A stretch of DNA of 64,000 nucleotides from an uncultured Acidimicrobiaceae bacterium (GTDB taxonomy: Bacteria > Actinomycetota > Acidimicrobiia > Spongiisociales > UBA5794). A program made the position numbers and the translations under genes. Shown here piece by piece: positions 17,911-27,516 of the stretch. The notes below the pieces were generated by a model. It was not told the origin of the DNA, searched no databases, and saw only the letters and a list, made by a program, of their open reading frames with translations. Position 1 is the first letter of the stretch; every line of letters starts with the position of its first letter. The stretch covers positions 8,944 to 72,943 of the forward strand of contig CAZQUB010000001.1 in assembly GCA_964596225.1 (NCBI GenBank), written 5' to 3'.

Positions 17911-19083
17911 ATGCCCGAGGCCGGACCGCCCACCCTCCACCACACCGTCGACCTCACCAGCCCGCCGCCCGCCACCGAGGCGCCGATCACCGCAGTCACC
18001 GACAGGGTCCTGTCGGCGGAGACTTCGCAGGCATCTCGCGCCGCGGTCCCTCCCGTGCCGACCGATTCTCCTTCGTTCACACCCCCCGACCCGGGACGCG
18101 TCTCCCTCGGCTTCCACCCGGACGAGTCGCTCGCTCTCGCCCTCCGCCGCGTCGCGCTCGACCAGTTCGCCGTCGCCATCGACGGCCTCGCCGCGCCCGG
18201 GGAAGACCGCGACGGCGCGGTGCACGAGGCCCGCAAGGCGCTGAAACGATTGCGCGCCCTGCTGCGCCTGGTGCGTGACGAACTCGGCGAGACGGTCTAC
18301 CGCAACGAGAACGTCGTGCTGCGCGACGTGGGACGGGTCCTCGCTCCGGTGCGCGACTCGTGGGTGATGGCGACTTCGATCCCCCACCTCCAGGAGGTCG
18401 CCCCGGGAGCGATGCCGCCGGAGGCCTACCGCGGTCTTCATCGCCGTCTGGTGGAACGCCACCTGCGGATGACCGACGACGTCCTGGGCGACCGGCAGCG
18501 CATGCTCGACATCGGGGTCACCCTGCGCACCGCACGCGCCCGGTTCGCCTCCTGGCCGGTGGCCGATGCCGTGCTCGACGCCCCGGCCGCGGCAGTTGTC
18601 GGGGCCGCCGAGGTTCCGGTGCGCCACCGCATCCCGGACGCCTTCAGCTCGCTCGACCGCGGCATGGCCCGCGTCTATCGGAGGGGGCGCCGGGCGATGC
18701 GAACCGCCCACCGGGTCCCCGCCGAAGCCGTGTTCCACGAGTGGCGCAAGCGTGTCAAGTACCTCCGCTACCAGGTGGAAGCCCTCAATCTGCTGTGGCC
18801 CAACGTGCTCGGCGCCCTCGAGGCCTCGCTCGGCGAGCTCGCCGACGTGCTCGGCGACGAGCACGACCTCGCGGTGCTGGGCCAGGTCGTGACCTCGAAC
18901 GTGGTGCTCCTCCCCGTCGACACCGAGCGGTACAGCTTCCTCACCGCGGTGGCCCGGCAGCGGATCGCGTTGCAGCGCCGGGCGTTCGGGATCGGTCGGC
19001 TCGCCTACGCGGAGACCCCACCCGCGTTCGTGGCCCGGATGGGGTCGTACTGGCGCAGCTCGATCCCCACCTGGCGCCGCTGA
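17911..19083 (+). CDS. CHAD domain-containing protein (polyphosphate granule-associated)
   Basis: I placed the start at the ATG at 17911 because it follows an AAGGAG Shine-Dalgarno sequence. The first roughly 100 aa are a Pro/Ser-rich disordered N-terminus. The remainder is an alpha-helical CHAD-like domain rich in Arg/His/Glu (EARKALKRLRALLRLVRDE...HEWRKRVKYLRY). Confidence 0.75.
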   Translation: MPEAGPPTLHHTVDLTSPPPATEAPITAVTDRVLSAETSQASRAAVPPVPTDSPSFTPPDPGRVSLGFHPDESLALALRRVALDQFAVAIDGLAAPGEDRDGAVHEARKALKRLRALLRLVRDELGETVYRNENVVLRDVGRVLAPVRDSWVMATSIPHLQEVAPGAMPPEAYRGLHRRLVERHLRMTDDVLGDRQRMLDIGVTLRTARARFASWPVADAVLDAPAAAVVGAAEVPVRHRIPDAFSSLDRGMARVYRRGRRAMRTAHRVPAEAVFHEWRKRVKYLRYQVEALNLLWPNVLGALEASLGELADVLGDEHDLAVLGQVVTSNVVLLPVDTERYSFLTAVARQRIALQRRAFGIGRLAYAETPPAFVARMGSYWRSSIPTWRR

Positions 19084-19087
19084 CCGG

Positions 19088-20116
19088 TCACATCAAACGG
19101 GTCTGCTCCTGCGCCGGCGCAGGCGGGTCGATGCCTAAGTGCCGGTAGGCGCGGGCTGTCGCCACCCGACCCCGCGACGTCCGTTTCAGGAAGCCCTCTT
19201 GGAGGAGATATGGCTCGTAGGCGTCTTCAACGGTCTCCGGCTCCTCGCCCACCGCGATCGCCAGCGTCGACAGCCCCACCGGGCCCCCGCCGAACTTGAC
19301 GATGACGGCCTCCAGCACCGCCCGGTCCACCTTGTCCAAGCCGATGGAATCGACTTCGAAGACCTCGAGGGCGGCGTCGGCGGTGGCAACGTCGACCTTG
19401 CCGTCGGCCCTGACCGTGGCGAAATCGCGCACCCTGCGCAGGAGCCGGTTGGCGATGCGAGGTGTCCCTCGACTGCGGCGGGCGATCGCCTCCGCCCCGC
19501 CGACGGTCACGTCGACCTCCAGAATGCCGGCGGATCGGGTCACGATGGCCCCCAGCTCCTCCGGCTCGTAGTAGTCGAGGCGGGCGACGTAGCCGAACCG
19601 GTCGCGCAACGGCGGCGCCACCCGGCCCACCCGGGTCGTGGCTCCCACCAGGGTGAAGGGCTGCAGGTCGAGGCGAATGGAGCGGGCGGCAGGGCCCTTG
19701 CCGACGACGATGTCGAGCTGGAAGTCCTCCATCGCCGGGTACAGAACCTCTTCCACCTGGCGGGGAAGCCGATGGATCTCGTCGATGAAGAGCACGTCAC
19801 CGGCGTCGAGGTTGGTGATGACCGCGGCCAGGTCTCCGGGACGCTCCAGGGCGGGCCCCGACGTCGGATGGAGCTGAGCCCCCATCTCGGAGGCGAGGAT
19901 GCCCGCCAACGACGTCTTCCCCAACCCGGGGGGACCGGAGAACAGCACGTGGTCGACCGCCTCGGCCCTGCTGCGGGCAGCCTCGATGAGGATGGCGAGA
20001 CGCTCCTTGAGGGCATCCTGGCCGATGAAGTCCTCCATCCGACGGGGACGCAGGCCGGCCTCGAGCGCCACGTCCTCCGGCAGTCCTTCGGTGGCCAGCA
20101 GGCCTTCCTCGCGCAT
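19088..20116 (-). CDS. ruvB: Holliday junction branch migration ATPase RuvB
   Basis: It has the Walker A motif [11 protein letters not shown], the sensor DEIHRL, and a winged-helix C-terminus. Confidence 0.9.
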   Translation of the reverse strand: MREEGLLATEGLPEDVALEAGLRPRRMEDFIGQDALKERLAILIEAARSRAEAVDHVLFSGPPGLGKTSLAGILASEMGAQLHPTSGPALERPGDLAAVITNLDAGDVLFIDEIHRLPRQVEEVLYPAMEDFQLDIVVGKGPAARSIRLDLQPFTLVGATTRVGRVAPPLRDRFGYVARLDYYEPEELGAIVTRSAGILEVDVTVGGAEAIARRSRGTPRIANRLLRRVRDFATVRADGKVDVATADAALEVFEVDSIGLDKVDRAVLEAVIVKFGGGPVGLSTLAIAVGEEPETVEDAYEPYLLQEGFLKRTSRGRVATARAYRHLGIDPPAPAQEQTRLM

Positions 20117-20134
20117 GGTCAGGTTCCCTTCTCG

Positions 20135-20716
20135 TCAGGCGCGGCGCTGCTTGCCGAGCTCCTGCAGCGACAGACGCAGCGTCTCCTCCAGCGACAGGTC
20201 CGCCGGCACCTCCCGCATCGCGGCGTGGATCTCGGATGTCTGGTAGCCGAGCCCTTCGAGGGCGAGGCGCACCTCGGCGACCACCGTCCCGCTCGGCGCG
20301 AGTTCCGTATCGGGGAGCTCCAGGCGAGGACGGAGTTCCAGCATCAGCTTCTGGGCGCTGCGGAGTCCGATCCCGGGGACCGCGGTGAGCGACGCGGTGT
20401 CGTCGGTGAGGACTGCCCGGCGCAGCTCGTCGGGGCGGAGGGTCGCCAGGATCGCCATCGCCAGTTTGGGGCCCACTCCCGACACCCCCACCAGGAGGCG
20501 GAACAGCCCGCGCTCGTCCTCGGAGGCGAACCCGTAGAGCTGGAGCAGGTCCTCGCGAACGTGGAGGTGGGTGTGGAGCACCGCTTCCTCCCCGATGGCG
20601 GGCAACTCGGTGAGACCGGTCGGCGTCACCGCCACCTCGTAGCCGATGCCGCCCACATCGAGGACGACCCGGTCGGCGCCCTTCGCCGCCAGCAAACCGC
20701 GGAGGCGACCGATCAT
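20135..20716 (-). CDS. ruvA: Holliday junction DNA helicase RuvA
   Basis: MIGRLRGLL...GIGYEV OB fold, HhH motifs (GVGPKLA), and a C-terminal RuvB-binding domain. Confidence 0.9.
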   Translation of the reverse strand: MIGRLRGLLAAKGADRVVLDVGGIGYEVAVTPTGLTELPAIGEEAVLHTHLHVREDLLQLYGFASEDERGLFRLLVGVSGVGPKLAMAILATLRPDELRRAVLTDDTASLTAVPGIGLRSAQKLMLELRPRLELPDTELAPSGTVVAEVRLALEGLGYQTSEIHAAMREVPADLSLEETLRLSLQELGKQRRA

Positions 20717-21213
20717 GACGCCGCCCCCTTCACGGCGCGGCGCATCGGCATCGCTTGGGCGTGACAGAGGGCGATGGCGAGAGCGTCTGCGGCGTCGGCC
20801 GGCGTCGGCACCTTCCCCAGGCGAAGCCGCATCGCGATCACCTCTCCCACCTGTGCCTTGGGGGCCCCGCCGAACCCTGTGAGCGCCATCTTGACCGCAG
20901 AGGGGGTGTACTCGTGGATCGGGATCCCGGCCTCGGCGGCGGCCAGCAGCAACACCCCCGAGGCGCGCCCCACCGAGGTGGCGGTCTGCAGGTTGCGGTT
21001 GACGAACACCTGCTCGATGGCGGCTTCGTCGGGCCGGTGCTCGGCGATCAGGTCGCTCATGTCGCGGTACAGCTCCGCGAGGCGCTGCGGTACCGGCGAG
21101 TCGGGCGAGGTCCGGATCACGCCAACTGCTTTCGCCCGGATGGTGGCGCCATCGATCTGGAGCACGCCGTAGCCGGTGATCGAGAGACCTGGGTCGATGC
21201 CGAGTACGAACAT
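20713..21213 (-). CDS. ruvC: Crossover junction endodeoxyribonuclease RuvC
   Basis: The product reads MFVLGIDPGLSITGYGVL... with the RNase H-like catalytic Asp at the N-terminus. The track ORF extends 13 aa further, to 21252. It overlaps ruvA as ATGA. Confidence 0.85.
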   Translation of the reverse strand: MFVLGIDPGLSITGYGVLQIDGATIRAKAVGVIRTSPDSPVPQRLAELYRDMSDLIAEHRPDEAAIEQVFVNRNLQTATSVGRASGVLLLAAAEAGIPIHEYTPSAVKMALTGFGGAPKAQVGEVIAMRLRLGKVPTPADAADALAIALCHAQAMPMRRAVKGAAS

Positions 21214-21284
21214 ATGTTCCCTGAGGTTAGAGGGCGACCGTCGCAACACCAAGCATGCCGCCCCGGAGCGGCCCCGGGAAGACG

Positions 21285-22022
21285 TCAGCTCACCTCGGAC
21301 AGGATCTCATCGGGGATGTCGAAGTTGGCGTAGACGGACTGGACGTCGTCGAGGTCCTCGAGGGCGTCGACGAGGCGCAGCACCTTGGGGGCGTTGGTGG
21401 CGTCGACCGGCACCGTCGTGCTCGGCAGCTGGGTCACCTCGGCGGATTCGATGGTCACCTGGGCGGCCTCGAGGGCGGCTCGCACCGCGGGGAGATCGCC
21501 CGGCGCCGAGATGACCTCCCACTGGTTCTCGGAGGGGCGGACGTCCTCGGCGCCGCTCTCCAACGCCGCCATCATGACGGTGTCTTCGTCGCCCTCCACG
21601 AGGACGTACCCCTTCTGCTCGAACAGGTAGGCGACCGAGCCGGGCTCGCCCAGGCTGCCACCCTGGCGGGTGAAGACGGCCCGTACGTCGGACGTGGCGC
21701 GGTTGCGGTTGTCGGTGAGGACCAGCACGTACAGTGCCACCCCGCCCGGGGCGTATCCCTCGTACCAGATCTCCTCGTAGCGGACACCGTCCACGTCACC
21801 GGATCCGCGGGCGATGGCCCGCTCGATGTTGTCTTTCGGAACCGAGGCGTCCTTGGCCTTCTGCACCGCGGTGGCCAGCATCGAGTTGCCCGTGAGGTCG
21901 GAACCCCCTTCGCGCGCCGCCGCCTCGATCGCCCGGATCAGCTTGGCGAAGAGCTTCCCCCGCCGCGCGTCCTGGCGGCCCTTGCGGTGCTTGATGTTGG
22001 CCCACTTCGAATGTCCCGACAT
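21285..22022 (-). CDS. yebC: YebC/PmpR family DNA-binding transcriptional regulator
   Basis: The internal start MSGHSKWANIKHRKGRQDARRGKLFAKLIRAI is the canonical YebC N-terminus. The upstream 120 aa of the track ORF is Arg/Pro-rich junk. It shares 1 nt (TGATG) with the pdxT stop. Confidence 0.9.
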   Translation of the reverse strand: MSGHSKWANIKHRKGRQDARRGKLFAKLIRAIEAAAREGGSDLTGNSMLATAVQKAKDASVPKDNIERAIARGSGDVDGVRYEEIWYEGYAPGGVALYVLVLTDNRNRATSDVRAVFTRQGGSLGEPGSVAYLFEQKGYVLVEGDEDTVMMAALESGAEDVRPSENQWEVISAPGDLPAVRAALEAAQVTIESAEVTQLPSTTVPVDATNAPKVLRLVDALEDLDDVQSVYANFDIPDEILSEVS

Positions 22023-22612
22023 CACTGCTCCTTTCGGGCCAGGTCCAGCAGCATCCGGTGGATGCGTGTCTCTCCCGTGAGCTCGGGATGGAAGGCGGTC
22101 GCGAGAATACGATCCTGGCGCACGAACACCGGGCGCACCTCCCCCGACTCCGGGTCCTCCACCGACGTGAGCACTTCGACGTCGGTCCCGAGCTTCTCGA
22201 TCCATGGGGCGCGGATGAACACGGCGTGGACCGGTTCGCGCTCGCCTACGATCGGGAGGTCCGCCTCGAACGAGTCGACCTGCCGTCCGAACGCGTTGCG
22301 CTCGACGATCACGTCGAGGACGCCGAGTTGCGGCTGGGCCTGCCCGGTGGTGGCCGCGGCGAGGAAGATCATCCCGGCACACGTCCCCAGGGCGGGCAGG
22401 CCCCCTCGGATGGCGTCCCGGAGGGGATCGAGAAGGCCGTAGCTACGGGCAAGGCGGCCGATCGTCGTCGACTCGCCGCCGGGGATGACGATGGCGTCGA
22501 GACCCGCCAGATCCTCGGGTACCCGGACTTCCGCCGTCTCCACCTCCATGCCGTCGAGCAGTGTCACGTGCTCCCGGAAATCACCCTGGAGCGCGAGCAC
22601 CCCGACCCGCAC
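22022..22612 (-). CDS. pdxT: Pyridoxal 5'-phosphate synthase glutaminase subunit PdxT
   Basis: MRVGVLALQGDFREH... with the class I glutamine amidotransferase triad (GTCAGMIF, H, E). Confidence 0.9.
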   Translation of the reverse strand: MRVGVLALQGDFREHVTLLDGMEVETAEVRVPEDLAGLDAIVIPGGESTTIGRLARSYGLLDPLRDAIRGGLPALGTCAGMIFLAAATTGQAQPQLGVLDVIVERNAFGRQVDSFEADLPIVGEREPVHAVFIRAPWIEKLGTDVEVLTSVEDPESGEVRPVFVRQDRILATAFHPELTGETRIHRMLLDLARKEQ

Positions 22613-22615
22613 GGC

Positions 22616-23509
22616 TCACAACCCCCGGTCTTGCATGCGCTCGGCCGGCGGGATGGTGTCGATGTTGAGCCCCACCATCGCTTCACCCAGGTTGCGCGAG
22701 ACCTTGGCGACCTTCTCCGGGTCGCGGAAGAACGTCGTCGCCTCGACGATCGCCGCGGCTCGCTCCGCCGGATCTCCCGACTTGAAGATGCCCGAACCGA
22801 CGAAGATCCCGTCGCATCCGAGCTGCATCATCAGCGCCGCGTCGGATGGCGTGGCGATGCCGCCCGCGGCGAAGTTGACAACGGGCAGGGCTCCGGTGGC
22901 TGCCACCTCCTTCACCAGGCCGTACGGGGCTTGGAGGTCCTTGGCGGCGCTCATCAGTTCGTCGGGGCCGAGCGTCGAGAGCCGGCGTATCTGTGCACTC
23001 ATCAGGCGCATGTGCTTGACGGCCTCGACGACGTTGCCGGTGCCGGGCTCGCCCTTGGTCCGGATCATGGCCGCACCTTCACCGATGCGCCGCAGCGCCT
23101 CTCCCAGGTTGCGGGCGCCGCACACGAACGGGACGGTGAACGCCCACTTGTCGATGTGGAAGTCGTCGACGGGAGTGAGGACCTCGCTCTCGTCGATGTA
23201 GTCGACACCGAGCGACTGGAGCACCTGCGCCTCGACGAAGTGCCCGATGCGGGCCTTCGCCATCACCGGGATCGACACCGTGTGGATGATCTCGTCGACC
23301 TTGGCCGGATCGGCCATGCGGGCGACACCCCCGTGGGCCCGGATGTCGGCCGGAACCCGCTCGAGTGCCATCACCGCGACCGCGCCCGCCTCCTCGGCGA
23401 TCTTGGCCTGTTCGGCGTTGACGACGTCCATGATGACGCCGCCCTTCAACATCTCGGCCAGACCGCGTTTCACACGGTTGGTGCCGTGTTCGATCGATGG
23501 CGTGGACAT
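22616..23509 (-). CDS. pdxS: Pyridoxal 5'-phosphate synthase lyase subunit PdxS
   Basis: The internal start [39 protein letters not shown] follows a GAGGAG Shine-Dalgarno sequence. The (beta/alpha)8 PdxS/SNZ family is highly conserved. Confidence 0.9.
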   Translation of the reverse strand: MSTPSIEHGTNRVKRGLAEMLKGGVIMDVVNAEQAKIAEEAGAVAVMALERVPADIRAHGGVARMADPAKVDEIIHTVSIPVMAKARIGHFVEAQVLQSLGVDYIDESEVLTPVDDFHIDKWAFTVPFVCGARNLGEALRRIGEGAAMIRTKGEPGTGNVVEAVKHMRLMSAQIRRLSTLGPDELMSAAKDLQAPYGLVKEVAATGALPVVNFAAGGIATPSDAALMMQLGCDGIFVGSGIFKSGDPAERAAAIVEATTFFRDPEKVAKVSRNLGEAMVGLNIDTIPPAERMQDRGL

Positions 23510-23576
23510 GTGATGCTCCTCACGGGAAGGGTTCTTCCATTGTACCGGTCGGTCTCTCGACCCGGGCGCGCCGGGT

Positions 23577-24605
23577 TCAGGCCTCCAGGGCGTCCTGGTA
23601 GGCGGCGAGGTACCCGGCCAGGACGGCGCTGCGATCGAAGCGTTGCACCCGGATCGCGGAGCGCGCTCGCAGCTGGTCGCGGCGGGTGTCGTCACCGAGC
23701 AGCGAGATCAACACGTCGGCGAGACCGTCCGGGTCGCCGGGACGGCACAGCACCCCGGCGTCACCGATCACCTCAGTGAAGGCAGGGAGGGCGGAGGCGA
23801 CCACGGCACAACCCGAGGCCATCGCCTCTGCGAGCACGATCCCGAAGCTCTCCCCTCCCCGACCGGGCGCGCAGAACACGTCGGCCTCCCCCAGCAGCCG
23901 TAGCTTGTCGGCCTCCGAGATGCGGCCGACCGGGAAGACGCCGTCCGCCGTGGCCCGACCCTCGACGGTGGCGACCAACTCGGCATCCGGCACCGCGGCC
24001 CGGACCCGAGGCCAGGCGGCCGCCAGGACGTCGTAGCCCTTGCGCGGTTCGTCGCGGCCCAGGAACATGACGCGGTGGGGTACCACCGGTCCGGTGGCGA
24101 AGGCGGCGGTGTCGATCCCGTTGGGGACGATCCGGTAGGGCCCGAGCCGGGCGATGGCCCCGCCGGCGATCGGGCTCACGGCGGTGAGGACGTCGAGACC
24201 CCGGATCACCCGTCGCAGCAGACCGCTGGTGCGCCGGTACAGCATGCGCCACAGGCGGGACGGGTCGGCATGGAACGTCCCGACGGTGGGAACCTCGACG
24301 AGGCGAGCCGCCGCGATCGACACGAACGGCATCGCCGGCTCATGGACGTGGACGACGTCCGCCCCTGCGACGGCGCGCCGCACCGCCCGCGCCACCCGCG
24401 GATCGAGAGCGACCGGGGCGCGGGACCCGTTGGCGGGCACCGCGTAGGCCCTTCCCACGGAGACCGCTCCCGGGGGCGCCTCCCCGGGGCCGACCACCCA
24501 CGCGTCGTGGCCGTCCGCGGAGAGCCATTCGGCCAACCGGAACACCTGGTCTTGGACGCCGCCGTGCGCCGCCAGGTCGTACGGACTGACGATCGCCACC
24601 CTCAC
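23577..24605 (-). CDS. pimA: GT4 glycosyltransferase, PimA-like phosphatidylinositol mannosyltransferase
   Basis: It shows a GT-B fold and the E-x7-E-like C-terminal motif ([19 protein letters not shown]). It sits directly downstream of pgsA1-patA, as Rv2610c does. I set the GTG start at 24605, which overlaps the upstream stop as GTGA. Confidence 0.75.
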   Translation of the reverse strand: MRVAIVSPYDLAAHGGVQDQVFRLAEWLSADGHDAWVVGPGEAPPGAVSVGRAYAVPANGSRAPVALDPRVARAVRRAVAGADVVHVHEPAMPFVSIAAARLVEVPTVGTFHADPSRLWRMLYRRTSGLLRRVIRGLDVLTAVSPIAGGAIARLGPYRIVPNGIDTAAFATGPVVPHRVMFLGRDEPRKGYDVLAAAWPRVRAAVPDAELVATVEGRATADGVFPVGRISEADKLRLLGEADVFCAPGRGGESFGIVLAEAMASGCAVVASALPAFTEVIGDAGVLCRPGDPDGLADVLISLLGDDTRRDQLRARSAIRVQRFDRSAVLAGYLAAYQDALEA

Positions 24606-25495
24606 TCCCCCGCCTCCTCCCGGTCGGACGGCCAGTTGGGCACGAAGAGGTGCCATTGGTGGGGCGCCACCCGGATGATGTCTTCGAAGACCTCGGCACA
24701 GCGCTGGGCGCCCAGGGCCACCCGTTCTTCCCGGGTGGGAGCGTCGGGGATCACCAGCGGAGGATGGACGACGAAGCGGTGGCCGCGGCCTTCCTTGAAG
24801 TAGGCGCCAACCGGGATCAGGGCCGCGCCGGTGCGTTCCGCCAGAGCGACCGGGCCCGCCGGGATCGTGGTCCGCTCCCCGAAGTACTCGACTTCGACAC
24901 CGCGGCCGGTGAGGTCCCGATCGGCCACCAAAGCGACGGTGCCGCCGACCTCGAGCCGGGCGACCAGTTCCCGAGTGACCCGGCTCCCCTTCCCGGTCAA
25001 CACCACCTCGATCCCCATCTGGTTCCTCACCTTCACGAACCAGTCCACGATGCGCCGGTTGGGGAGCCGTTCGGCGACCGCCAGCACCGGGATCCCGATC
25101 TGCTCCGCCTTGGCCCCGGCCGCCTCCCAGTTGCCGAGGTGGGGCAGGGCGAGCACGATCCCCCGTCCGGCCGCCACCGCGGCATCGATGTGCTCCTGGC
25201 CGACGAGGTCGCCGTGGTCGAGAAACTGCTGCTTGCGGCGGGCACGCACCCAGAACACCTCGGCCCAGTACCGGCCGTAGCTGGCGAACATGCGGCGCAC
25301 CGTCGACCGCAGGGCCGGGTCGTCCTCTCCCAACACCCGCTGCACGTGGCGCAGCACCAGCCGCCGGCGGCCCCTGGCCAGGTAGTACGCGATCGTTCCC
25401 AGCGCCTCGCCTCCGCGCCGCATCGCCGGCTCGGGAAGCAGGCCGAAGAGGGCGTCGAAGATCCGGTAGGCCAGGTAGCCGGCCGCCTCTCTCAC
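24602..25495 (-). CDS. patA: Lysophospholipid (LpxL/HtrB-type) acyltransferase, PatA-like PIM acyltransferase
   Basis: The product belongs to the lauroyl/myristoyl acyltransferase family (LPHLGNWE, ADRD). The GTG start at 25495 forms a GTGA overlap with the pgsA1 stop. This was chosen because the track N-terminal 82 aa overlaps pgsA1. Confidence 0.75.
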   Translation of the reverse strand: MREAAGYLAYRIFDALFGLLPEPAMRRGGEALGTIAYYLARGRRRLVLRHVQRVLGEDDPALRSTVRRMFASYGRYWAEVFWVRARRKQQFLDHGDLVGQEHIDAAVAAGRGIVLALPHLGNWEAAGAKAEQIGIPVLAVAERLPNRRIVDWFVKVRNQMGIEVVLTGKGSRVTRELVARLEVGGTVALVADRDLTGRGVEVEYFGERTTIPAGPVALAERTGAALIPVGAYFKEGRGHRFVVHPPLVIPDAPTREERVALGAQRCAEVFEDIIRVAPHQWHLFVPNWPSDREEAGE

Positions 25496-26079
25496 GGTGT
25501 CAGCTGTTGCCACGTCCGCCGGATGCGCTGCCCGACGGTGAGCCCCGACAGCACCACGAAGATCCACAGCACCGGGAGGATGATGCTGAGCCCGAGCCCG
25601 TCCACCCCGACCCCGGTGAGGATCAGGATCATGCGCTCGGCGCGGCCCATCCAGCCGCCGCGGCCCTCGGCGCCCCAGCTCTCTGCCTTGGAGCGTACGT
25701 ACGGGGTGAGGAGGGAGAACGCCAGACCGAACAGGCACAGCATGAGGGCGGTCTCGTCACTGCGGAGACTGAAGGCGAGTCCGGCCAGGATCGCGATCTC
25801 TCCCAACCGGTCGGACATGGTGTCGACGAAGGCGCCCCGGATCGAGGCAGTGCCCTGGAGGCGGGCCAACGGGCCGTCGAGGGCGTCGAAGAGGGCGCCC
25901 ACTCCGGCGACGACGGCGCCGGCCACGTAGTCGTGGTTGGCGAGCAGGATTGCGCCGCAGATCGTCACTCCCAACCCGATCAGGGTGACCGCGGTGGGAG
26001 TGAGGCGCGCCTTCGCCAGACCGCCTGCGATGGGGTCCAGTATCGGGGCGATTCGGCTGCGGCCCCTGAGGTCGAGCAC
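25492..26079 (-). CDS. pgsA1: CDP-alcohol phosphatidyltransferase (phosphatidylinositol phosphate synthase PgsA1-like)
   Basis: It carries the CDP-OH_P_transf motif D-x2-DG-x2-AR...G-x3-D-x3-D (DALDGPLARL...FVDTMSDRLGE). The GTG start at 26079 is preceded by AAGGAG with a 6 nt spacer. The track ORF 25492..26463 is N-extended through the intergenic region. Confidence 0.75.
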   Translation of the reverse strand: MLDLRGRSRIAPILDPIAGGLAKARLTPTAVTLIGLGVTICGAILLANHDYVAGAVVAGVGALFDALDGPLARLQGTASIRGAFVDTMSDRLGEIAILAGLAFSLRSDETALMLCLFGLAFSLLTPYVRSKAESWGAEGRGGWMGRAERMILILTGVGVDGLGLSIILPVLWIFVVLSGLTVGQRIRRTWQQLTP

Positions 26080-26205
26080 GTGCGTCTCCTTCCGAACCGC
26101 AAAGGTACCACGGGGACCGAACTCGTTCCCGTTGGCTACACTCAGGTGCATTCTTGTTCCCGGATGGTATGCGCCGGGAACGTGACCCGGGAGGAGGATG
26201 AAGGC

Positions 26206-27516
26206 TTGGACGGCGACGTCGGAGCGAAGCTTCAGATCACCAATCCGGTCGGCATCGAATCGCCGCTGGAACTCCCCCTCGTGGAGAGCCATCTCGGCAA
26301 CCCGGGCCTCGACATCAGCCGGCTCCGCGCCGAGACGGGCACCGTGACCTTCGATCCCGGCTTCGCCAACACCGCCTCGACCCGCAGCGCCATCACGCAC
26401 ATCGACGGCGCCGCCGGGGCATTGATCCACCACGGCTACCGGATCGAGGACCTCGCCGCCCATTGCTCCTTCCTCGAGGTCGCCTACCTGTTGCTCTTCG
26501 GGGCGCTCCCGAGCCGGTCACAACTCGACGCCTGGACCGAATCGATCCGGCGCCACACCCTCCTCAACGAGGAGATGAAGAGGTTCTTCGACGCCTTCCC
26601 CCGCAGCGCCCACCCGATGGCGATCCTGTCCTCGGCCACCAACGCCATCTCCACCTACTACGAGGACTACCTCAATCCGGCGGACCCCGAGAACTTCGGG
26701 GAGAGCGCCAACCGCCTCATCGCCAAGATGCCCACCATCGCCGCCTGGGCCTTCAAGAAGTCCACCGGCCAGGCGTACATCTACCCGCGCAACGACCTCA
26801 CGTACGTGGAGAACTTCCTGCACATGATGTTCGCCACACCCGCAGAGGACCTCGTGGTCGATCCCATCATCACGCGGGCTCTCAACGTGCTGCTCATCCT
26901 CCACGCCGACCACGGGCAGAACTGCTCGACGGCGACGGTGCGGTTCGTGGGATCGAGCCGCGCCAACCTGTTCGCCTCCGTGGCGGCCGGCATGAACGCC
27001 TTGTGGGGGCCGTTGCACGGCGGCGCCAACCAAGCCGTGATCGAGATGCTGCGTGAGATTCACGACGAGCCTGACGCCACCCCCGAAAGCGTCCTCGCCA
27101 GGGCCAAGGACAAGGACGATCCGTTCCGCCTCATGGGGTTCGGGCACCGGGTCTACAAGAACTACGACCCGCGGGCGAGGATCCTCAAGAGCTTCGCCAC
27201 CGAGGTCCTCGATCGAGTCGGCGTGGACGACCCTCTCCTCGACATCGCCAGGGAGTTGGAGGAGACGGCGCTGCGCGACGAGTACTTCCAGAGCCGCAAC
27301 CTCTACCCGAACGTCGACTTCTACTCGGGCCTCATCTTCCGGGCGCTCGGATTCCCGACCCGGATGTTCACGGTGCTGTTCGCCATGGGGCGCCTCCCCG
27401 GTTGGATCGCCAACTGGAAGGAGATGATCGAGGATCCGCTGACTCGCATCGCCCGGCCCCGCCAGATCTACACGGGTCCGCAGCCTCGCGAACTCCCCCC
27501 CATCGAGGATCGCTAG
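26206..27516 (+). CDS. gltA: Citrate synthase (type II, hexameric class)
   Basis: It aligns along its full length to GltA (FDPGFANTASTRSAITHIDG, HADHGQNCSTATVRF, GFGHRVYKNYDPRA). The TTG start at 26206 follows a GGGAGGAGGA Shine-Dalgarno sequence. The track ORF 25507..27516 includes 233 upstream codons that overlap pgsA1 on the other strand. Confidence 0.85.
   Translation: MDGDVGAKLQITNPVGIESPLELPLVESHLGNPGLDISRLRAETGTVTFDPGFANTASTRSAITHIDGAAGALIHHGYRIEDLAAHCSFLEVAYLLLFGALPSRSQLDAWTESIRRHTLLNEEMKRFFDAFPRSAHPMAILSSATNAISTYYEDYLNPADPENFGESANRLIAKMPTIAAWAFKKSTGQAYIYPRNDLTYVENFLHMMFATPAEDLVVDPIITRALNVLLILHADHGQNCSTATVRFVGSSRANLFASVAAGMNALWGPLHGGANQAVIEMLREIHDEPDATPESVLARAKDKDDPFRLMGFGHRVYKNYDPRARILKSFATEVLDRVGVDDPLLDIARELEETALRDEYFQSRNLYPNVDFYSGLIFRALGFPTRMFTVLFAMGRLPGWIANWKEMIEDPLTRIARPRQIYTGPQPRELPPIEDR

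Noticed and set aside
16686-18864. ORFs 16686..18278 (+), 17866..18864 (-) and 18360..19148 (+)
   Set aside because: They are antisense or alternate frames of queA and the CHAD gene. Low-complexity R/G/P composition.
25507-26205. Upstream 233 codons of the 669 aa track ORF containing citrate synthase
   Set aside because: Homology to GltA begins near the TTG at 26206, which has a strong Shine-Dalgarno sequence. The extension overlaps pgsA1 on the opposite strand and is low-complexity.
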